Both the position numbers and the translations under genes were made by a program. Of a DNA stretch of 53,796 bases, positions 52,719 through 53,796 are shown piece by piece. Source of the stretch: Histomonas meleagridis 2922-C6/04-290x (taxonomy: Eukaryota > Protista > Parabasalia); the NCBI GenBank assembly GCA_020184695.1, contig JAANOX010000077.1, positions 1-53,796 on the forward strand. Reading direction: 5' to 3'. The first letter of the stretch is position 1, and every line of letters begins with the position of its first letter. The notes under the pieces were generated by a model. The model was given only the letters and a program-made list of their open reading frames with translations. It made no database searches and was not told the DNA's origin.

Positions 52719-53356
52719 TTAGCAGCCGCAGCCACCATTGTCTTGTACTTTCTTTGAAGCGCCAATTGGAACACTTCCAGAAGAGCCATTAGCAGATGGG
52801 CCACCTGCTCCTTGTTTCTTCTGCATAGCTTCTGCCATTTTCTGGAATGTCATTTCAATGTTATTGTTATCTTTGGCAGATGTTTCAATGAAGGCAACTC
52901 CATACTGGTTAGCAAGAGCTTGTCCTTCTTCAGTTGTGACAACACGCTTGTCTTCAAGATCAATCTTATTTCCAACAAGAAGTCGACAAACGTCTGGAGT
53001 TGCTAAACGATCGATTTCTTTCATCCAATAGTTGATATGATCAAATGATTCGCGGTCAGTGACATCGTATACAAGGATAATGCCATTGCTTCCGCGGTAA
53101 TATGAAGCTGTGATTGTTCTGAATCGTTCTTGTCCAGCAGTATCCCATACCTGCATCTTTACTGTCTTTCCTTCTATCTCAATTGTCTTGATCTTGAAAT
53201 CAACGCCAATTGTAGAGATATAGTTATCGCTAAAAATGTTTTCTGCAAAACGGATAAGGATACAGCTTTTACCAGTACCTGAATCTCCGATAAGAAGAAC
53301 CTCTGATGTAAGAATTAAAATATACTGAAAAGAAGGTCGAAATCGGTGCTTGACAT
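52719..53356 (-). CDS. RAB1: Rab1 GTPase, two exons (53356-53326, 53302-52719), 204 aa
   Basis: Spliced start MSSTDFDLLFKVLLIGDSGTGKS; YISTIGVDF, WDTAGQERFRTITASYYRG, NKID and ETSAK motifs; C-terminal CGC. Confidence 0.95.
53303..53325 (-). other. 23-nt spliceosomal GT-AG intron in Rab1
   Basis: GTATATTTTAATTCTTACATCAG. Removing it joins A+AG (Lys) and restores DLLFKVLLIG; unspliced, the ATG frame hits TAA inside the intron. Confidence 0.92.
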
Positions 53357-53796
53357 TCAAAAAATAGTAAATTTGCCCTTTGCGTTCAAATATCCTTTAA
53401 TTATTGCCCTTTTTTGGCAAACGGTCGAACGAACCATACTACTAAACGGTTTGATATCAATTTTTTTGCTAGAGCGGTTACAACGATCAAATTCTCTCTA
53501 AGTTTTGTACCAAAAGAAGCTTTGATTCCTTCCATTATTTGGTTATTATTTTAGGATATTTTGAAATAATTCTTTATGGTGTAGCACTTCACTATAAAAT
53601 ATATTATGATTTTTTGACAATTTTTATAATGATTTTGATACAAAAATAAATGTTTACTGGTGTTGGTTTGTTATCGCTTGATTTACAATGACTCTGTAAG
53701 TGTTTGCTTATCAGATTTTTGATTTATTTCGAATCAAAAATTTGGATAATGTGTATCATTTGATGTATTTTAAAAAATTTGGACTTATAATAAAAA

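Noticed and set aside
8400-53031. Numerous 60-135-aa ORFs overlapping or antisense to long genes (e.g. 8623, 10936, 15452, 17031, 34731, 38944, 52738)
   Set aside because: They are shadow frames of well-supported genes, with no motifs of their own.

Overview
This is a eukaryotic window from a parabasalid (trichomonad, probably Tritrichomonas-like; inferred from the trichomonad-type H3 tail, BspA and saposin-like genes, TCA(T/C)T initiator elements and a tiny intron in Rab1). It has two parts. (1) Positions 1-~8123 are a decayed, apparently nested stack of Maverick/Polinton-like DNA. It holds a truncated primase-polymerase gene and integrase-like and capsid-like remnants. It also has two identical GCTGTGTGTGTGTGT ends, each cutting a gene, two intact small amphipathic-helix proteins resembling adenovirus pVI or cationic lytic peptides, and two long hairpins. 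(2) Positions 8284-53796 are compact host genes: aldose 1-epimerase, H3, a TRIC-like channel, Ub-L40, a CC2D1-like protein, UBL-S27a, BspA, a serpin pseudogene, a glucokinase-like protein, tRNA-Glu, RabGGTase alpha, an APC4-like protein, an acyltransferase, a saposin-like protein, tRNA-Gly, an exportin-like protein, a UBR E3 ligase, a SHIPPO-repeat protein and Rab1 with a 23-nt intron. The most striking feature is 40617-45464. An ankyrin gene continues as 22 stop-free ankyrin coding blocks (mostly 93 nt, the last a capping repeat with a proper stop), each preceded by an AT-rich spacer (77 nt in 15 of 22). The spacers break the reading frame but lack usable GT-AG splice sites, which suggests an undescribed recoding, splicing or cassette system. 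Family names come from motif recognition and recall, not database searches.
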